Assembly: GCA_022838525.1 (NCBI GenBank)
Contig: JALHFU010000002.1
Span: 8,894-72,893 of the forward strand
Length of the DNA stretch: 64,000 nucleotides
Origin: Hyphomicrobiales bacterium
GTDB lineage: Bacteria; Pseudomonadota; Alphaproteobacteria; Rhizobiales; Rhizobiaceae
Direction of reading: 5' to 3'
Under the pieces are notes generated by a model. It was not told the DNA's origin, did no database searches, and was given only the letters and a program-made list of their open reading frames with translations. Numbering within the stretch: position 1 is the stretch's first letter; every line of letters starts with the position of its first letter. Shown here in pieces: positions 23,016 through 37,863 of this stretch. The position numbers and the translations under genes are program-made.

Positions 23016-24452
23016 TCAGAAGAACGTCCTGGCGGCGGTGTCTGCCAGGCGCCCGACGATGCCGCCGATCAGCGGATAGAAGAAGACGAACGCCCCCGAG
23101 GCGCCGAGTACCAGCTTCAGCTCGCCGGCCATCGGCTCGAAGCCGCCGGCGGATTCGTCGAACCACATGATCTTGATGATGCGGATGTAGTAATAGGCGC
23201 CGACGACCGAGGCGAGCACGCCGATCACGGCGAGCGCGTAGAGGTCGGCGTCGATCGCCGCGAGGAAGACGTACCACTTGCCGAAGAAGCCGGCGAGCCA
23301 GGGGATGCCGGCGAGCGAGAACATCTGGACCGTCAGGATGGTCGCCATGACCGGATTGGTCGAGGACAGGCCGGCGAGCTCGTCGATGTTCTCGACATTG
23401 CCTTCCTTGCGCCGCATGGCGAGGATGAAGGCGAAGGTGCCGAGCGTCATCACCAGATAGATCAGCATGTAGATGACGACGCCGCGCACGCCGGCCTGCG
23501 AATTGGCGGCGAGGCCGACCAGCGCGTAGCCCATGTGGCCGATCGACGAATAGGCCATCAGCCGCTTGATGTTGCGCTGGCCGATGGCCGCGAAGGCGCC
23601 GAGCACCATCGAGGCGATGGAGACGAAAACGATGATCTGCTGCCAGTCGGCGGCCGCCGGCTCGAACGCGCCCATGGTGACGCGCACGATCAGCGCCATC
23701 GCCGCCATCTTGGGCGCGGCGGCGAAGAAGGCGGTGACGGGAGTCGGCGCGCCTTCGTAGACGTCGGGCGTCCACATGTGGAACGGCACGGCCGAGATCT
23801 TGAAGACGAGGCCGGCGAGCACGAAGACCAGGCCGAAAACCAGGCCGATCTGCCGCTCGGCGCCGGTGAGTGCGGCGGCGATGGCCTCGAAGCTCGTGTT
23901 GCCGGTGTAGCCGTAGACCAGCGAGATGCCGTAGAGCAGCATGCCCGAGGACAGCGCGCCGAGCACGAAATATTTCAGGCCGGCCTCGGTCGAGCGGATC
24001 GAGTCGCGGTTGATCGCGGCGATGACGTAGAGCGCCAGCGACTGCAGCTCGAGGCCGAGATAGAGCGCGAGCATGTCGTTGGCCGACACCATCAGGAGCA
24101 TGCCGAGCGTCGAGAGCACGACGAGCACGGGATACTCGAACTTGTCGAACTTCTCCTCGCGGGCGAAGCCGACCGACATGATGAGCGTCAGCACCGAGCC
24201 GCCGAGGGTGAGCAGCTTCATGAGGCGCGCGAAGGGATCGCTGACGAAGACGTCGCCGAAGGCGCTCCCGTCGCCGACGAAGAGCAGCATCCATGCGCCG
24301 GCGCCGAACAGCAGCGCGATCGCAAGGCCGGTGACCGTCGTGTTGGCGCGCTCGCCTGAGAAGACGCCGATCATCAGCAGCGCCAGGGCACCGACCGCGA
24401 GGATCAGCTCGGGCGCGGCAAGGATCAGGCTCTGGGAAAGGTCTGCCGTCAT
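23016..24452 (-). CDS. nuoN: NADH-quinone oxidoreductase subunit N
   Basis: [30 protein letters not shown]; operon position. Confidence 0.97.
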   Translation of the reverse strand: MTADLSQSLILAAPELILAVGALALLMIGVFSGERANTTVTGLAIALLFGAGAWMLLFVGDGSAFGDVFVSDPFARLMKLLTLGGSVLTLIMSVGFAREEKFDKFEYPVLVVLSTLGMLLMVSANDMLALYLGLELQSLALYVIAAINRDSIRSTEAGLKYFVLGALSSGMLLYGISLVYGYTGNTSFEAIAAALTGAERQIGLVFGLVFVLAGLVFKISAVPFHMWTPDVYEGAPTPVTAFFAAAPKMAAMALIVRVTMGAFEPAAADWQQIIVFVSIASMVLGAFAAIGQRNIKRLMAYSSIGHMGYALVGLAANSQAGVRGVVIYMLIYLVMTLGTFAFILAMRRKEGNVENIDELAGLSSTNPVMATILTVQMFSLAGIPWLAGFFGKWYVFLAAIDADLYALAVIGVLASVVGAYYYIRIIKIMWFDESAGGFEPMAGELKLVLGASGAFVFFYPLIGGIVGRLADTAARTFF

Positions 24453-24462
24453 TGTGCTGGCC

Positions 24463-25971
24463 TTATTGGATCGCCATGGCGGCCTGCGAGGCCTCGATGG
24501 AAAGCGTGATGTTGTTGACGAGGGCGTTCACCGAGGCCGTCGTCACGTCGAAGACGGGGATGGGATAGACGCCGAAGAGGATGACGAAGAACACCAGCGG
24601 GTAGATGATGGCCTTCTCGCGCGAGGAGAGGTCGAGAAGTCCCTTCAGGCTCTCCTTGGTCAGCGCGCCGAACACGACGCGGCGGTAGAGCCACAGCGCA
24701 TAGGCCGCCGACAGGATGACGCCGGTCGCCGCGAACAGCGCGACCCAGGTGTTGACCTTGAAGACGCCGAGCAGCGACAGGAACTCGCCGACGAAGCCGG
24801 AGGTGCCCGGCAGGCCGACATTGGCCATGGTGAAGATCAGGAACACCACCGCATATTTCGGCATGTTGTTGACGAGGCCGCCATAGGCGTCGATGTCGCG
24901 GGTGTGCATGCGGTCGTAGACGACGCCGACGCACAGGAACAGCGCGCCCGAGACGAGGCCGTGCGACAGCATCTGGAAGATGCCGCCCTGGATGCCCTCG
25001 ACGTTGAGCGCGAAGATGCCCATCGTGACGTAGCCCATATGGGCGACCGACGAATAGGCGATCAGCTTCTTCATGTCCTCCTGCATCAGCGCCACCAGCG
25101 AGGTGTAGACGATGGCCACCACCGACAGCGTGAACACGAAGGGCTGGAAGTAGAGCGACGCGTCCGGGAACATCGGCAGCGAGAAGCGCAGGAAGCCGTA
25201 GCCGCCCATCTTCAGGAGGATGCCGGCCAGGATCACGGAGCCGGCCGTCGGCGCCTCGACGTGGGCGTCGGGCAGCCAGGTGTGCACGGGCCACATCGGC
25301 ATCTTCACCGCGAAGGAGGCGAAGAAGGCGAGCCACAGCCATGTCTGCATGCCGGCCGGGAAATCGTGCGCGAGCAGCGTCGGGATGTCGGTGGTGCCGG
25401 CCTGCCAGTACATCGCCATGATGGCGAGCAGCATCAGCACCGAGCCAAGCAGCGTGTAGAGGAAGAACTTGAACGAGGCGTAGACGCGCCGCTTGCCGCC
25501 CCAGACGCCGATGATGATGAACATCGGGATCAGGCCCGCCTCGAAGAAGACGTAGAACAGCACGAGGTCGAGGGCGCAGAACACGCCGATCATCAGCGTT
25601 TCCAGGATCAGGAACGCGATCATGTATTCCTTGACCCGGTGCTCGATCGCCTCCCACGAGGCGAGGATGCACAGCGGCATCAGGAAGGTCGTCAGGATGA
25701 CGAACAGCATGGAGATGCCGTCGACGCCCATATGGTAGGAGATCCCGGCCTCCAGCCACTCGGCCTTCTCCACCATCTGGAAGCCGGCATAGGAGGTATC
25801 GAACCCGGCCCAGATGAACAGCGAGAGGATGAAGGTGAAGACCGTCGTCAGGAGCGCGACGTTGCGGATGTTGCGGCGCGCGGCCGTTCCCTCGTCCCGG
25901 ATCAGCAGGATCAGGAACGCGCCGACCAGCGGCAGGAAGGTGACCGTCGAGAGGATAGGCCAGTCGGTCAT
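24463..25971 (-). CDS. nuoM: NADH-quinone oxidoreductase subunit M
   Basis: [28 protein letters not shown]. Confidence 0.97.
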   Translation of the reverse strand: MTDWPILSTVTFLPLVGAFLILLIRDEGTAARRNIRNVALLTTVFTFILSLFIWAGFDTSYAGFQMVEKAEWLEAGISYHMGVDGISMLFVILTTFLMPLCILASWEAIEHRVKEYMIAFLILETLMIGVFCALDLVLFYVFFEAGLIPMFIIIGVWGGKRRVYASFKFFLYTLLGSVLMLLAIMAMYWQAGTTDIPTLLAHDFPAGMQTWLWLAFFASFAVKMPMWPVHTWLPDAHVEAPTAGSVILAGILLKMGGYGFLRFSLPMFPDASLYFQPFVFTLSVVAIVYTSLVALMQEDMKKLIAYSSVAHMGYVTMGIFALNVEGIQGGIFQMLSHGLVSGALFLCVGVVYDRMHTRDIDAYGGLVNNMPKYAVVFLIFTMANVGLPGTSGFVGEFLSLLGVFKVNTWVALFAATGVILSAAYALWLYRRVVFGALTKESLKGLLDLSSREKAIIYPLVFFVILFGVYPIPVFDVTTASVNALVNNITLSIEASQAAMAIQ

Positions 25972-25974
25972 GGT

Positions 25975-27957
25975 CTAGAACGAGCCCCCGAGCATCATCC
26001 AGGTGACGAGCGCAGCCACGCCGATGAGCATTGCGAATGCGTAATGGTAGAGATAGCCGGTCTGGAGCTTCACCACGCGCTGGGTGACGTCCACGACGCG
26101 GGCGGACACGCCGTCCGGACCGAAGCCGTCGATCACCTTGCCGTCGCCGGTCTTCCACAGGAAGCGGCCGAGGCGCTTGGCCGGGCGGACGAACAGGAAG
26201 TCGTAGAGCTCGTCGAAGTACCACTTGTTCAGCAGGAACGTGTAGAGCCCGCGATGCTGCTCGGCGAGGCGGACCGGCGTCTCCGGCGAGCGGATGTAGA
26301 AGTGGTAGGCGGTGACGAAGCCCAGCACCATCGCCACCAGCGGCGCGAGCTTCACCCACAGCGGCACGTCGTGGAAGTCGTGCAGGATGTGGTTGTCCGG
26401 CAGGATGAACAGCGCGCCCTTCCAGAACTCGTCATGGCCGTGGCCGATGAAGAAGTCGTGGAAGATCACGCCCGCGAACAGCGCGCCCGCGGCGAGGATG
26501 AAGAGCGGCACCAGCATCACCGGCGGCGACTCGTGGACGTGGTGCATGACCTCGTGGCTCGCGCGCGGCTTGCCGTGGAAGGTCATGAAGATCAGGCGCC
26601 ACGAGTAGAAGCTGGTGAAGGCGGCCGCGACCACGAGCAGCGTGAAGGCGAAGCCGGCGAGCGGGCTGTGGGCCGCGAACGCGCCCTCGATGATCGCGTC
26701 CTTGGAGAAGAAGCCGGCCGTGCCGATGATGGTCGCCGGGATGCCGACGCCGGTCAGCGCCAGCGTGCCGATGATCATCATCCAGTAGGTGGCCGGGATC
26801 AGCTTGTAGAGGCCGCCCATCCTGCGCATGTCCTGCTCGTCGGAGACGGCGTGGATGACCGAGCCCGAGCCGAGGAACAGCAGCGCCTTGAAGAAGGCGT
26901 GCGTGAACAGGTGGAAGATCGCCGCCGAATAGAAGCCCATGCCGAGCGCGACGAACATGTAGCCGAGCTGCGAGCAGGTCGAGTAGGCGATGACGCGCTT
27001 GATGTCGTTCTGCACCAGGCCGACGGTGGCGGCGAAGAAGGCTGTGATCGCGCCGATGAAGGTGACGACGAGAAGGGCCGCGTGCGACAGTTCGAAGATC
27101 GGCGACAGGCGCGCCAGCATGAACACGCCGGCCGTGACCATGGTCGCGGCATGGATGAGCGCGGAGACCGGCGTCGGGCCTTCCATCGCGTCCGGCAGCC
27201 AGGTGTGCAGCGGCACCTGCGCCGACTTGCCCATCGCGCCCATGAACAGCAGCAGGCAGATCGCGGTCAGCGCGCCGGACTGGGTCAGCGACCAGTTGAG
27301 GAAGGTGAAGACCGCCTCGCCCGACTGGTCGGGGCTTTCGGCGATGGTCGCGGCATTGGCGAAGATGGTGTCGAAATTGACCGAGCCGAACAGCACGAAC
27401 ACGCCGAACAGGCCGAGCAGGAAGCCGAAGTCGCCGACGCGGTTGACGACGAAGGCCTTGATGGCGGCGGCGTTGGCCGAGGGCTTCTGGTACCAGAAGC
27501 CGATGAGCAGGTAGGAGGCGAGACCGACGCCCTCCCAGCCGAAGAACATCTGCACCAGATTGTCCGACGTCACCAGCATCAGCATGGCGAAGGTGAACAG
27601 CGACAGATAGGCGAAGAAGCGCGGCCGGTGCGGGTCATGGTGCATGTAGCCGATCGAGTAGACGTGCACGAGCGCCGACACCGTGTTGACCACGACCAGC
27701 ATGACGACCGTCAGCGTGTCGATCCTGAGCGCCCACGCCACGTCGAGGGCGCCGACCTGGATGAAGCGCAGCACCGGAACGGTGAAGGCGGTGCCCTCGC
27801 CGAAGGCGACCGTGACGAAGGCGACCCACGACAGCACCGCCGAGACGATGAGGAAGCCGGTTGTGACGTATTCCGACGCCTTGGCGCCGATCGAGCGGCC
27901 GAAGAGGCCGGCGATCAGGAAGCCGAGCAGCGGGAGGAAGACGATCGCGTGATACAT
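25975..27957 (-). CDS. nuoL: NADH-quinone oxidoreductase subunit L
   Basis: [32 protein letters not shown]. Confidence 0.98.
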   Translation of the reverse strand: MYHAIVFLPLLGFLIAGLFGRSIGAKASEYVTTGFLIVSAVLSWVAFVTVAFGEGTAFTVPVLRFIQVGALDVAWALRIDTLTVVMLVVVNTVSALVHVYSIGYMHHDPHRPRFFAYLSLFTFAMLMLVTSDNLVQMFFGWEGVGLASYLLIGFWYQKPSANAAAIKAFVVNRVGDFGFLLGLFGVFVLFGSVNFDTIFANAATIAESPDQSGEAVFTFLNWSLTQSGALTAICLLLFMGAMGKSAQVPLHTWLPDAMEGPTPVSALIHAATMVTAGVFMLARLSPIFELSHAALLVVTFIGAITAFFAATVGLVQNDIKRVIAYSTCSQLGYMFVALGMGFYSAAIFHLFTHAFFKALLFLGSGSVIHAVSDEQDMRRMGGLYKLIPATYWMMIIGTLALTGVGIPATIIGTAGFFSKDAIIEGAFAAHSPLAGFAFTLLVVAAAFTSFYSWRLIFMTFHGKPRASHEVMHHVHESPPVMLVPLFILAAGALFAGVIFHDFFIGHGHDEFWKGALFILPDNHILHDFHDVPLWVKLAPLVAMVLGFVTAYHFYIRSPETPVRLAEQHRGLYTFLLNKWYFDELYDFLFVRPAKRLGRFLWKTGDGKVIDGFGPDGVSARVVDVTQRVVKLQTGYLYHYAFAMLIGVAALVTWMMLGGSF

Positions 27958-27964
27958 GGTCCGC

Positions 27965-28273
27965 TCAGCCCTTCATCATATTGACGTCTTCCACGTCGAT
28001 CGAACCGCGGTTGCGGAAGAACACGACGAGGATGGCGAGACCGATCGCCGCCTCGGCCGCCGCCACCGTCAGCACGAACAGGGCGAAGACCTGGCCGACG
28101 AGGTCGCCGAGCACGGCCGAGAAGGCCACGAAGTTGATGTTGACGGCGAGCAGGATCAGCTCGACCGACATCAGGATGACGATGACGTTCTTCCTGTTGA
28201 GGAAGATGCCGAAGACGCCGAGCGTGAACAGCACCGCCGAAACGGTGAGGAAATGTCCGATTCCGACTTCCAT
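27965..28273 (-). CDS. nuoK: NADH-quinone oxidoreductase subunit K
   Basis: [24 protein letters not shown]. Confidence 0.97.
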   Translation of the reverse strand: MEVGIGHFLTVSAVLFTLGVFGIFLNRKNVIVILMSVELILLAVNINFVAFSAVLGDLVGQVFALFVLTVAAAEAAIGLAILVVFFRNRGSIDVEDVNMMKG

Positions 28274-28275
28274 GG

Positions 28276-28896
28276 TCAGACTCCCTTGCCCGTCTCGACC
28301 TTGCGCACCTCGATCGAGGTCGCCGGCGTGCGGCCGACCTGCGCGGTGACGTCCTGTCGCTTGATGTTTTCCTTGTGGCGCAGCGTCAGCACGATGGCGC
28401 CGATCATCGCGACCAGAAGCACCAGCCCGGCGATCTGGAAGAAATAGACGTATGTGGTGTAGAGGACGTCGCCGAGCGCGGCCGTGTTCTCGCGGTCGGC
28501 CAGCGCCGGCGTCGGCTGCGAGATGTTGCCGGCGAGCTCCGGCGCGAAGGTGTAGCCGCCCACCACGACGATCAGCTCGGCGGCGAGGATCAGCCCGACC
28601 AGCGCGCCGGCCGGCGCATATTGCAGCGCGCCGCGCTTCAGTTCGGCGAAGTCGACGTCGAGCATCATGACGACGAACAGGAACAGCACCGCCACCGCGC
28701 CGACATAGACGACGAGCAGGATCATCGCCAGGAACTCGGCGCCGGTCAGCAGGAACAGCGCCGCGGCGTTGAAGAACGTCAGGATCAGCCAGAGAACGGA
28801 ATGCACCGGGTTGCGCGCCGAAATCACCATGAAGGCGGCGGCGATCGCGATGAAGGCGAACAGATAGAAGAAGAACGCCTCTAGTCCTGTCAGCAT
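28276..28896 (-). CDS. nuoJ: NADH-quinone oxidoreductase subunit J
   Basis: [24 protein letters not shown]. Confidence 0.97.
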   Translation of the reverse strand: MLTGLEAFFFYLFAFIAIAAAFMVISARNPVHSVLWLILTFFNAAALFLLTGAEFLAMILLVVYVGAVAVLFLFVVMMLDVDFAELKRGALQYAPAGALVGLILAAELIVVVGGYTFAPELAGNISQPTPALADRENTAALGDVLYTTYVYFFQIAGLVLLVAMIGAIVLTLRHKENIKRQDVTAQVGRTPATSIEVRKVETGKGV

Positions 28897-28980
28897 GGGT
28901 TCCCCCGGTTCCTTCTCGGACGGCCAGCGCCGCCCCTCTCCGGCTCGCGCCCGCCTCCGGGCCGCGAAATCCGCGTGTCT

Positions 28981-29085
28981 CTTAGATCGTTTCGCCGCTC
29001 CACGGAAACGGTGAAACGATCTGTCTCCTTGTTTTTCGCAATCCCGACGGGAAAACCGCGTCGCGCCTTTCCCGGAATTGCTCCG
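28981..29085. repeat. RIME-like intergenic mosaic element inside the nuo operon
   Basis: TAGATCGTTTC...GAAACGATCT palindrome, then TTGTTTTT and GCAATCCCG...GGGAAAACCG...TTTCCCGGAATTGC; related copy at 48091. Confidence 0.75.
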
Positions 29086-29119
29086 GACGGGCCGCCCGGC
29101 CCGTCCAGCTTTGCCCCTC

Positions 29120-29611
29120 TCACCTGTAGGGCGCGTCGAGTTCCATGTTGCGGGCGATCTCGCGTTCCCAGCGGTCGCCGTTCGCCAGCAGCTTTTCCTT
29201 GTCGTAGTAGAGTTCCTCGCGCGTCTCGGTCGCGAACTCGAAATTCGGCCCCTCGACGATGGCGTCGACCGGGCAGGCCTCCTGGCAGAAGCCGCAATAG
29301 ATGCACTTCACCATGTCGATGTCGTAACGCACGGTGCGGCGCGTGCCGTCGTTGCGGCGCGGGCCGGCCTCGATGGTGATGGCCTGCGCCGGGCAGATCG
29401 CCTCGCACAGCTTGCAGGCGATGCAGCGCTCCTCGCCGTTCGGGTAGCGGCGCAGCGCATGCTCGCCGCGGAAGCGCGGGCTGACCGGGCCCTTCTCGAA
29501 CGGATAGTTGATCGTGTGCTTCGGCGCGAAGAACTGGCGCATCGCGAGGAAGAACGCGCTCACGAACTCCGCGAGCAGCACCGACTTGGCGGCTTGGGCT
29601 AGCGCTGACAT
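29120..29611 (-). CDS. nuoI: NADH-quinone oxidoreductase subunit I
   Basis: Two 4Fe-4S motifs, [12 protein letters not shown] and [12 protein letters not shown]. Confidence 0.98.
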   Translation of the reverse strand: MSALAQAAKSVLLAEFVSAFFLAMRQFFAPKHTINYPFEKGPVSPRFRGEHALRRYPNGEERCIACKLCEAICPAQAITIEAGPRRNDGTRRTVRYDIDMVKCIYCGFCQEACPVDAIVEGPNFEFATETREELYYDKEKLLANGDRWEREIARNMELDAPYR

Positions 29612-29636
29612 GGCGATTTCTCCGTTGGGTTCGCGG

Positions 29637-30689
29637 TCATGCGACGTAGTGCTCCCAGATCTTGAGGAACGCCGCGGTGGCCACGACCATGAAAAGCGAG
29701 ATGGGCAGGAAGATCTTCCAGCCGAGGCGCATCAGCTGGTCGTAGCGGTAGCGCGGCACGATCGTCTTCACGATGGCGAAGAAGAAGAAGACGAAGCAGA
29801 CCTTGAGCACGAACCAGATGACGCCGGGCACCCAGGTGAAGGGGGCGAAATCGAACGGGGGCAGCCAGCCGCCGAGGAACAGCACCGTCGTCAGCGAGCA
29901 CATCAGCATGATGGCGACGTACTCGCTGAGCATGAACAGCAGGTACGGCGTCGAGGAATACTCGATCATGTGGCCGGCGACGAGCTCCGACTCGGCCTCG
30001 ACCAAGTCGAAGGGCGGCCTGTTCGTCTCGGCCAGCGCCGAGATGAAGAAGATGATGAACATCGGGAACAGGCCGAGCCAGTGCCAGTCGAGGAACGAGT
30101 TGGGCAGGCCGAGTGCGGTGCCGAGGCCGGTCTGCTGCGCCAGCACGATCGCCGACAGGTTGAGCGAGCCGACGCACAGCAGCACGGTGACGATGACGAA
30201 GCCGATGGAGACCTCGTAGGAGACCATCTGCGCCGCCGAGCGCAGCGCGCCGAGGAACGGATATTTCGAGTTCGACGCCCAGCCGGCCATGATGACGCCG
30301 TACACCTCGAGCGACGAGATGGCGAAGATGTAGAGGATGCCGACATTGATGTCGGCGATGACCCAGTTCTCGTTGAACGGGATCACGGCGAAGGTGGCGA
30401 GCGCGAGCACCGTCGAGACCAGCGGCGCCAGCAGGAACACGCCCTTGTTGGCGCCGGACGGGATGACCGGCTCCTTGAACACGAACTTCAGAAGGTCCGC
30501 GAACGACTGCAGCAGGCCCCACGGGCCGACGACGTTCGGGCCGCGCCGCAGCATGACGGCCGCCCAGATCTTGCGGTCGGCGTAGAGGATGAAGGCGATG
30601 AAGACCAGCAGCGCGACGATGACCAGCACCGACTGGGCAACGATGATGATCGCCGGCAGAACGTAGATCGAGAAGAAGGAATCCATCAT
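29637..30689 (-). CDS. nuoH: NADH-quinone oxidoreductase subunit H
   Basis: [38 protein letters not shown]. Confidence 0.98.
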   Translation of the reverse strand: MMDSFFSIYVLPAIIIVAQSVLVIVALLVFIAFILYADRKIWAAVMLRRGPNVVGPWGLLQSFADLLKFVFKEPVIPSGANKGVFLLAPLVSTVLALATFAVIPFNENWVIADINVGILYIFAISSLEVYGVIMAGWASNSKYPFLGALRSAAQMVSYEVSIGFVIVTVLLCVGSLNLSAIVLAQQTGLGTALGLPNSFLDWHWLGLFPMFIIFFISALAETNRPPFDLVEAESELVAGHMIEYSSTPYLLFMLSEYVAIMLMCSLTTVLFLGGWLPPFDFAPFTWVPGVIWFVLKVCFVFFFFAIVKTIVPRYRYDQLMRLGWKIFLPISLFMVVATAAFLKIWEHYVA

Positions 30690-30695
30690 TATGCC

Positions 30696-32786
30696 CTATT
30701 CCGCCGCCTGCGTCATGCGACCCTTCGCCAGCGCCGAGCATTCGGCCATGACGGCGGAGGCGCGCGCGATCGGGTTGGTGAGGTAGAAGTCGCCGATCGT
30801 CGACACGAAGGGGGACTTTCCGAGCTGGCCGGCCGCCGCGGCCGTTGCCAGCGCGGAGACGTCGGCCGGGTTGCCGGCCGCGATGTCGTCGACCTCCGCG
30901 AAAAGCGGGAACTCCTCGTAGAGCCTCGCGCGGAGCTGGCCGAGCGAATCGAACGGCAGGCGCTTGCCGAGCACGTCGGAGAGCGCGCGCAGGATGGCCC
31001 AGTCCTCCTTCGCCTCGCCCGGCGCGAAGCCGGCGCGGCTGGTCTGCTGCACGCGACCTTCGGTGTTGACGTAGGTGCCGGACTTCTCGGTGTAGGTCGC
31101 GCCCGGCAGGATCACGTCGGCGCGGTGGGCGCCGGCATCGCCATGGCTGCCGATATAGACGGTGAAGGCGTCGCCGATCCTGCTCATCGGGAGCTCGTCG
31201 GCGCCGAGCAGGAAGAGGACGTCGAGGCCGCCCGACACCATGGCGGAGGCGTCCCTGGCCCCCTCGCCCGGCACGAAGCCGAGATCGAGGCCGCCGACGC
31301 GGGCGGCGGCGGTGTGCAGCACGGCGAAGCCGTTCCACTCCTCGGTGACGGCGCCGGCATCGGCGGCGATCTTCGCCGCGAGCGCCAGCACGGCCGCGCC
31401 GTCGGTGCGCGCGAGCGCCCCCTGGCCGACGATGACGAGCGGGCGCCGCGCGTTCTTCAGCACCGAATGGAACCGGATGCCGCCCTCGGCGAGCTGGGCC
31501 AGCGTCTCGGGGCCGGAGCCGAGCGCCTCGTAGCCGTAGCGCAGGTCGCCGACCTCGCCGATGACGCCGATGGGCAGGCCGGTCCTCAGCCACTGCTTGC
31601 GGATGCGCGCGTTGAGCACCGAGGCCTCGAAGCGCGGGTTCGCGCCGACGATCAGGATGGCGTCGGCTTCCTCGATGCCCTCGATGGTCGGGTTGAAGAT
31701 GTAGCTGGCGCGCCCCTTCGCGGGGTCGAGCGCCGCGCCGTCCTGGCGGCAGTCGATGTTCTGCGAGCCCAGCGAGGCCATCAGCAGCTTGAGCGCGTAC
31801 ATCTCCTCGACGGTGGCGAGATCGCCGGCGATGGCGCCGATCCTGTCGCCGCTGGTCTTCGAGACCGCATCCTTGATCGTGGCGAAGGCCTCGGCCCAGC
31901 TCGCGGCCTGGAGGCGGCCGTCGCGGCGGACATAGGGGCGGTCGAGGCGCTGCGTCCTGAGGCCGTCCCAGATGAAGCGGGTCTTGTCGGAGATCCACTC
32001 CTCGTTCACGGCCTCGTTGATGCGCGGCAGGATGCGCATGACCTCGCGGCCGCGGGTGTCGACGCGGATCGCCGAGCCGACGGCGTCCATGACGTCGATG
32101 GATTCGGTCTTGGTCAGCTCCCACGGCCGCGCCTGGAAGGCGTAGGGCCGCGCGGTCAGCGCGCCGACCGGGCACAGGTCGATGACATTGCCCTGAAGCT
32201 CGGACGTCATGGCCTGCTCGAGATAGGTGGTGATCTCGGCATCCTCGCCGCGGCCGATCATGCCGAGCTCGGAGATGCCGGCGACCTCGGTGGTGAAGCG
32301 GACGCAGCGCGTGCAGTAGATGCAGCGCGTCATGATCGTCTTGACGAGCGGGCCGATATATTTGTCCTCGACCGCGCGCTTGTTTTCCTGGAAGCGCGAG
32401 GCGTCGACGCCGAAGGCCATCGCCTGGTCCTGGAGGTCGCATTCGCCGCCCTGGTCGCAGATCGGGCAGTCGAGCGGGTGGTTGATGAGCAGGAACTCCA
32501 TCACCCCCTCGCGGGCCTTCTTGACCATCGGGGTGTTGGTGAACATCTCCGGCACTTCGCCGTTGGGGCCGGGGCGCAGGTCGCGCACGCCCATGGCGCA
32601 GGACGCCTGCGGCTTGGGCGGGCCGCCCTTCACCTCGACCAGGCACATGCGGCAGTTGCCGGCAATGGACAGGCGCTCGTGGAAGCAGAAGCGCGGCACT
32701 TCCGCGCCGGCCGCCTCAGCCGCCTGCAACAGCGTGTAGTGATCGGGAACCTCGATCTCCTTGCCGTCGACCTTCAGTCTAGCCAT
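30696..32786 (-). CDS. nuoG: NADH-quinone oxidoreductase subunit G
   Basis: [40 protein letters not shown]. Confidence 0.98.
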   Translation of the reverse strand: MARLKVDGKEIEVPDHYTLLQAAEAAGAEVPRFCFHERLSIAGNCRMCLVEVKGGPPKPQASCAMGVRDLRPGPNGEVPEMFTNTPMVKKAREGVMEFLLINHPLDCPICDQGGECDLQDQAMAFGVDASRFQENKRAVEDKYIGPLVKTIMTRCIYCTRCVRFTTEVAGISELGMIGRGEDAEITTYLEQAMTSELQGNVIDLCPVGALTARPYAFQARPWELTKTESIDVMDAVGSAIRVDTRGREVMRILPRINEAVNEEWISDKTRFIWDGLRTQRLDRPYVRRDGRLQAASWAEAFATIKDAVSKTSGDRIGAIAGDLATVEEMYALKLLMASLGSQNIDCRQDGAALDPAKGRASYIFNPTIEGIEEADAILIVGANPRFEASVLNARIRKQWLRTGLPIGVIGEVGDLRYGYEALGSGPETLAQLAEGGIRFHSVLKNARRPLVIVGQGALARTDGAAVLALAAKIAADAGAVTEEWNGFAVLHTAAARVGGLDLGFVPGEGARDASAMVSGGLDVLFLLGADELPMSRIGDAFTVYIGSHGDAGAHRADVILPGATYTEKSGTYVNTEGRVQQTSRAGFAPGEAKEDWAILRALSDVLGKRLPFDSLGQLRARLYEEFPLFAEVDDIAAGNPADVSALATAAAAGQLGKSPFVSTIGDFYLTNPIARASAVMAECSALAKGRMTQAAE

Positions 32787-32843
32787 GTTGCCTCAACTCC
32801 GCGGAACCCGCTTCATCCTTCAAGGGCGCTCGGCCCGTATCCC

Positions 32844-33425
32844 CTAGCCGCCGGCCGAAAGCCTGCCTGCCTGCCCGATCCAGTCGTCGCGGCCGATGCG
32901 GCCGGCAAAGCCCAGATGCTCGTCGAGCCACGCCACCTCGTCCCCGCCCAGCGCCGCGATCTGCGCATATGTCCAGATGCCGAGACCGTTCAGCACCTTC
33001 TCCAGCTTCGGCCCGATGCCCGAAATCGCCTTCAGGTCGTCCGGCGCGTCCGGCCGCTCGAGGGCCGCCGGCTGCCGGGGCGCGGCGGCCGCCGCACCGG
33101 CTGCGGGCGCCGCCTTCTGCGTCGCCTTCCTCGCGGCCGGCTGCCTGCGCGGGGCGGGCTGCGACGACACGAGCGTCAGCCTCGTCGCTGCGGGCTGGCG
33201 CGCCGTCTCCGCTTCGGCCAGCCCGGCGAACAGCTTCTGCGAGGCCTCGGTGGCGCCGGCGACCGCGCCGGCCCACAGGCCGAAGGCATGGCCGGCAAGG
33301 CCGAACCCCAGCGCGCTCGCGGCGGCGAGGCCGGCGAGCGGATGGGCCATGAGGTTCACCGCGCCGGCAAACTCCTGCGGCAGGGCTTCGCTGTAGGCTT
33401 TGGCGAACTCGTCGATCGTGCTCAT
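32844..33425 (-). CDS. nuo-associated hypothetical protein with a C-terminal helix-hairpin-helix (COG3743-like) domain
   Basis: MSTIDEF...; DDLKAISGIGPKLEKVLNGLGIWTYAQIA...GRIGRDDWIGQA; GGAAGG RBS. Confidence 0.8.
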   Translation of the reverse strand: MSTIDEFAKAYSEALPQEFAGAVNLMAHPLAGLAAASALGFGLAGHAFGLWAGAVAGATEASQKLFAGLAEAETARQPAATRLTLVSSQPAPRRQPAARKATQKAAPAAGAAAAAPRQPAALERPDAPDDLKAISGIGPKLEKVLNGLGIWTYAQIAALGGDEVAWLDEHLGFAGRIGRDDWIGQAGRLSAGG

Positions 33426-33520
33426 CTCGGTTCCTTCCGTCGGGTTTCGCTGGGCCGGTCCGGATCGCTGTCCTTTCCCGCCCGGTTCCTCCCTGCGTCG
33501 GATCTCCTCCTCAAGCGGTC

Positions 33521-34825
<1,305 letters not shown>

Positions 34826-34835
34826 CGCTAGCCCC

Positions 34836-36050
34836 TCACCTCGGTTTCTTGCCGAAGACGCGGATGTATTCGGCCTCGCCGCCCCTGGCGAGCGCCTCGG
34901 CCTGCTTCACCCATTCCTCGCGCTCGATGCGGCCCTTGAAGCTCAGATAGCTGTCGACCCAGTCGCGCTCGGCCTTCTTCCACGAAGCGACCTGCGCCCA
35001 GGTGTAGATGCCGAGCTCGTTGAGCAGGCGCTCGTTGCGCGGGCCGATGCCGGCGATCATCTGGAGATCGTCGGGCTTCTCCGGCTTGTCGATGCCGGCC
35101 GGCCGGTCCGGATCGTCGAGCGAGACGGGCTTGTCGGCGGCAAGCTCCGGCGACTTGAAGGCGCGCGCGGCGTCGGCCGGCTTGCCGGAATGGCTGCGCT
35201 TCTCGCCGGTCGCGGCCGTGTCGGCGGCGGCCTTGTTCTCCGCGGGCGCGCTGACGCTGGCAGCTGCCTCGGTCTTCGGGCTGACCTTGACCTTCGACGG
35301 CGACTTGATCGCCGGGCTGGTCTCGATGGCGTCGGTCTTGGGCTTGGCCGCCTGCGTCGGCGGCACGGTCGCCGCATCGGCCTTGGCGGCCCTGGCCTGC
35401 TCCCTCGCCTCGCGGTCGCGGGTCTCCTTCAGGATCGCCTTCTCGTCGGTGAGCGTCGTCAGGCCGGAGATCGGGGCCGAGAAGGTGCGGCCGTTCTGCG
35501 GTCCGGTCGGCACCTCGGCGCCCCTGCCCGCCTCGAACTCGTCGATGATCTCGGCCAGCCGCTCCGGCGTCAGGTCCTCGTAGGTGTCCTTGAAGATCAT
35601 GACCATCGGCGCGTTGACGCAGGCGCCCTGGCACTCGACCTCTTCCCACGACAGCGTGCCGTCGGCATTGGTATGGAACTGCTCGGGGTGGATCTTGTCG
35701 CGGCAGACCCGCTTCAGGTCCTCCGCGCCGCGCAGCATGCAGGGCGTGGTGCCGCACACCTGGATGTGGGCCTTGGTGCCGACCGGCTTGATCTGGAACT
35801 GGGTGTAGAAGGTCGCGACCTCGAGCACGCGGATATAGGGCATGCCGAGCATGTCGGCGACGTACTCGATCGTCGCCCGCGAGACCCAGCCTTCCTGCTC
35901 CTGCGCGCGCATGAGCAGCGGGATCACCGCGGAGGCCTCGCGCCCCTTCGGGTACTTCTTGATCGTCTGCTTCGCCCAGGCTGCGTTATCCCTGTTGAAG
36001 GCGAAGCTTGCGGGCTGGACGGCTTCTTCTGCGAGACGGCGGACGGACAT
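34836..36050 (-). CDS. nuoE: NADH-quinone oxidoreductase subunit E (long form with C-terminal extension)
   Basis: CGTTPC and [10 protein letters not shown] 2Fe-2S ligands; Ala/Lys/Pro linker followed by an HhH-like domain. Confidence 0.96.
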   Translation of the reverse strand: MSVRRLAEEAVQPASFAFNRDNAAWAKQTIKKYPKGREASAVIPLLMRAQEQEGWVSRATIEYVADMLGMPYIRVLEVATFYTQFQIKPVGTKAHIQVCGTTPCMLRGAEDLKRVCRDKIHPEQFHTNADGTLSWEEVECQGACVNAPMVMIFKDTYEDLTPERLAEIIDEFEAGRGAEVPTGPQNGRTFSAPISGLTTLTDEKAILKETRDREAREQARAAKADAATVPPTQAAKPKTDAIETSPAIKSPSKVKVSPKTEAAASVSAPAENKAAADTAATGEKRSHSGKPADAARAFKSPELAADKPVSLDDPDRPAGIDKPEKPDDLQMIAGIGPRNERLLNELGIYTWAQVASWKKAERDWVDSYLSFKGRIEREEWVKQAEALARGGEAEYIRVFGKKPR

Positions 36051-37240
36051 TAACGGTCGACCTCACCAAACACGATGTCGAGGGAGCCGAGGATCGCCGA
36101 GACGTCGGCCAGCATGTGGCCCCGGCACAGGAAGTCCATGGCCTGGAGATGCGCGAAGCCGGGCGCGCGCAGCTTGCAGCGATACGGCTTGTTGGTGCCG
36201 TCGGAGACGAGATAGACGCCGAATTCGCCCTTCGGCGCCTCGACGGCGGCGTAGACCTCGCCGGCCGGCACGCGGTAGCCCTCGGTGTAGAGCTTGAAGT
36301 GGTGGATGAGCGCCTCCATCGAGCGCTTCATCTCGCCGCGCTTCGGCGGCACGACCTTGCCGTCGGTGGACGAGACCGGGCCTACCCGGTCCTTGCCCAG
36401 CAGCAGATCGACGCACTGGCGCATGATCTTCGCCGACTGGCGCATCTCCTCCATGCGGATGAGGTAACGGTCGTAGCAGTCGCCGTTCTTGCCGATGGGA
36501 ACGTCGAAATCCATTTCGGCGTAGCATTCGTAGGGCTGCGACTTGCGCAGGTCCCACGCCGCGCCCGAGCCGCGCACCATCACGCCCGAGAAGCCGCGCG
36601 CCCACGCATCCTCCAGCTTCACGACGCCGATATCGACGTTGCGCTGCTTGAAGATGCGGTTCTCCGTCAGAAGGTCGTCGAGGTCGTCGACCGACTTCAG
36701 GAACGGGTCGATCCACTTGCCGAGGTCTTCGACAAGCTGGTCGGGCAGGTCCTGATGCACGCCGCCGGGCCGGAAATAGGCCGCGTGCATGCGCGAGCCG
36801 CTGGCCCGCTCGTAGAAGACCATCAGCTTCTCGCGCTCGACGAAGCCCCACAGCGGCGGGGTCAGCGCGCCGACGTCCATGGCCTGCGTCGTCACATTGA
36901 GGATGTGCGACATGATGCGGCCGATCTCGCTGTAGAGCACGCGGATCACCTGGCCGCGGCGCGGCACCTCGATGCCCAGCAGCCGCTCGGCGGCGAGCGC
37001 GAAGGCGTGCTCCTGATTCATCGGCGCGCAGTAGTCGAGGCGGTCGAGATAGGGCACGGCCTGTAGATAGGTCTTCTGCTCCATCAGCTTCTCGGTGCCG
37101 CGATGCAGAAGGCCGATATGCGGGTCGGCACGGTCGACCACCTCGCCGTCCAGCTCGAGCACGAGGCGCAGAACGCCATGCGCCGCAGGATGTTGCGGGC
37201 CGAAGTTGATGCTGAAGTTGCGTACCGCGGTCTCAGCCAT
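36050..37240 (-). CDS. nuoD: NADH-quinone oxidoreductase subunit D
   Basis: [33 protein letters not shown]. Confidence 0.98.
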   Translation of the reverse strand: MAETAVRNFSINFGPQHPAAHGVLRLVLELDGEVVDRADPHIGLLHRGTEKLMEQKTYLQAVPYLDRLDYCAPMNQEHAFALAAERLLGIEVPRRGQVIRVLYSEIGRIMSHILNVTTQAMDVGALTPPLWGFVEREKLMVFYERASGSRMHAAYFRPGGVHQDLPDQLVEDLGKWIDPFLKSVDDLDDLLTENRIFKQRNVDIGVVKLEDAWARGFSGVMVRGSGAAWDLRKSQPYECYAEMDFDVPIGKNGDCYDRYLIRMEEMRQSAKIMRQCVDLLLGKDRVGPVSSTDGKVVPPKRGEMKRSMEALIHHFKLYTEGYRVPAGEVYAAVEAPKGEFGVYLVSDGTNKPYRCKLRAPGFAHLQAMDFLCRGHMLADVSAILGSLDIVFGEVDR

Positions 37241-37248
37241 GAAATGCC

Positions 37249-37854
37249 TCAGCTCGTCTTGGCCTTCTCGTCGCCGGGCAGCACGTAGTCGGTGCCCTCC
37301 CACGGCGACAGGAAGTCGAAATTGCGGAATTCCTGCTTCAGCTCGACCTTCTCGTAGACGACGCGCTTCACCTCGTCGTCGTAGCGCACCTCGACGAAGC
37401 CGGTGACGGGGAAGTCCTTGCGAAGCGGATGGCCCTCGAAGCCGTAGTCGGTCAGGATGCGACGCAGCTCGGGATGGCCCGAGAACAGGACGCCGTAGAG
37501 GTCGAACGTCTCGCGCTCGTACCATTCGGCGCCGGGATAGACGGCGACGGCCGAGGGAACCGGCGTGTCCTCGTCGGTCTGCACCTTGACGCGGATGCGC
37601 AGGTTCTGGCGCGGCGACAGCAGGTGGTAGAGCACGTCGAAACGGCGCTCGCGCGCCGGATAGTCGGCGCCGCTGATGTCGATGAAGGAGACGAACTGGC
37701 ACTGCGCGTCGTCGCGCAGGAAGGTCAGCACATCGACGATGTCGCCGGGCTCGACCGTGATCGTCAGCTCCCCGAACGCGATGACCGCTTCGGACAGCCG
37801 CGGGCCGAGACGTTCCTGCAGATAGGCGGACAGATCGGAAAGGGCTTCGCTCAC
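37249..37854 (-). CDS. nuoC: NADH-quinone oxidoreductase subunit C
   Basis: [30 protein letters not shown]. Confidence 0.98.
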   Translation of the reverse strand: MSEALSDLSAYLQERLGPRLSEAVIAFGELTITVEPGDIVDVLTFLRDDAQCQFVSFIDISGADYPARERRFDVLYHLLSPRQNLRIRVKVQTDEDTPVPSAVAVYPGAEWYERETFDLYGVLFSGHPELRRILTDYGFEGHPLRKDFPVTGFVEVRYDDEVKRVVYEKVELKQEFRNFDFLSPWEGTDYVLPGDEKAKTS

Positions 37855-37863
37855 GCCTGCCTC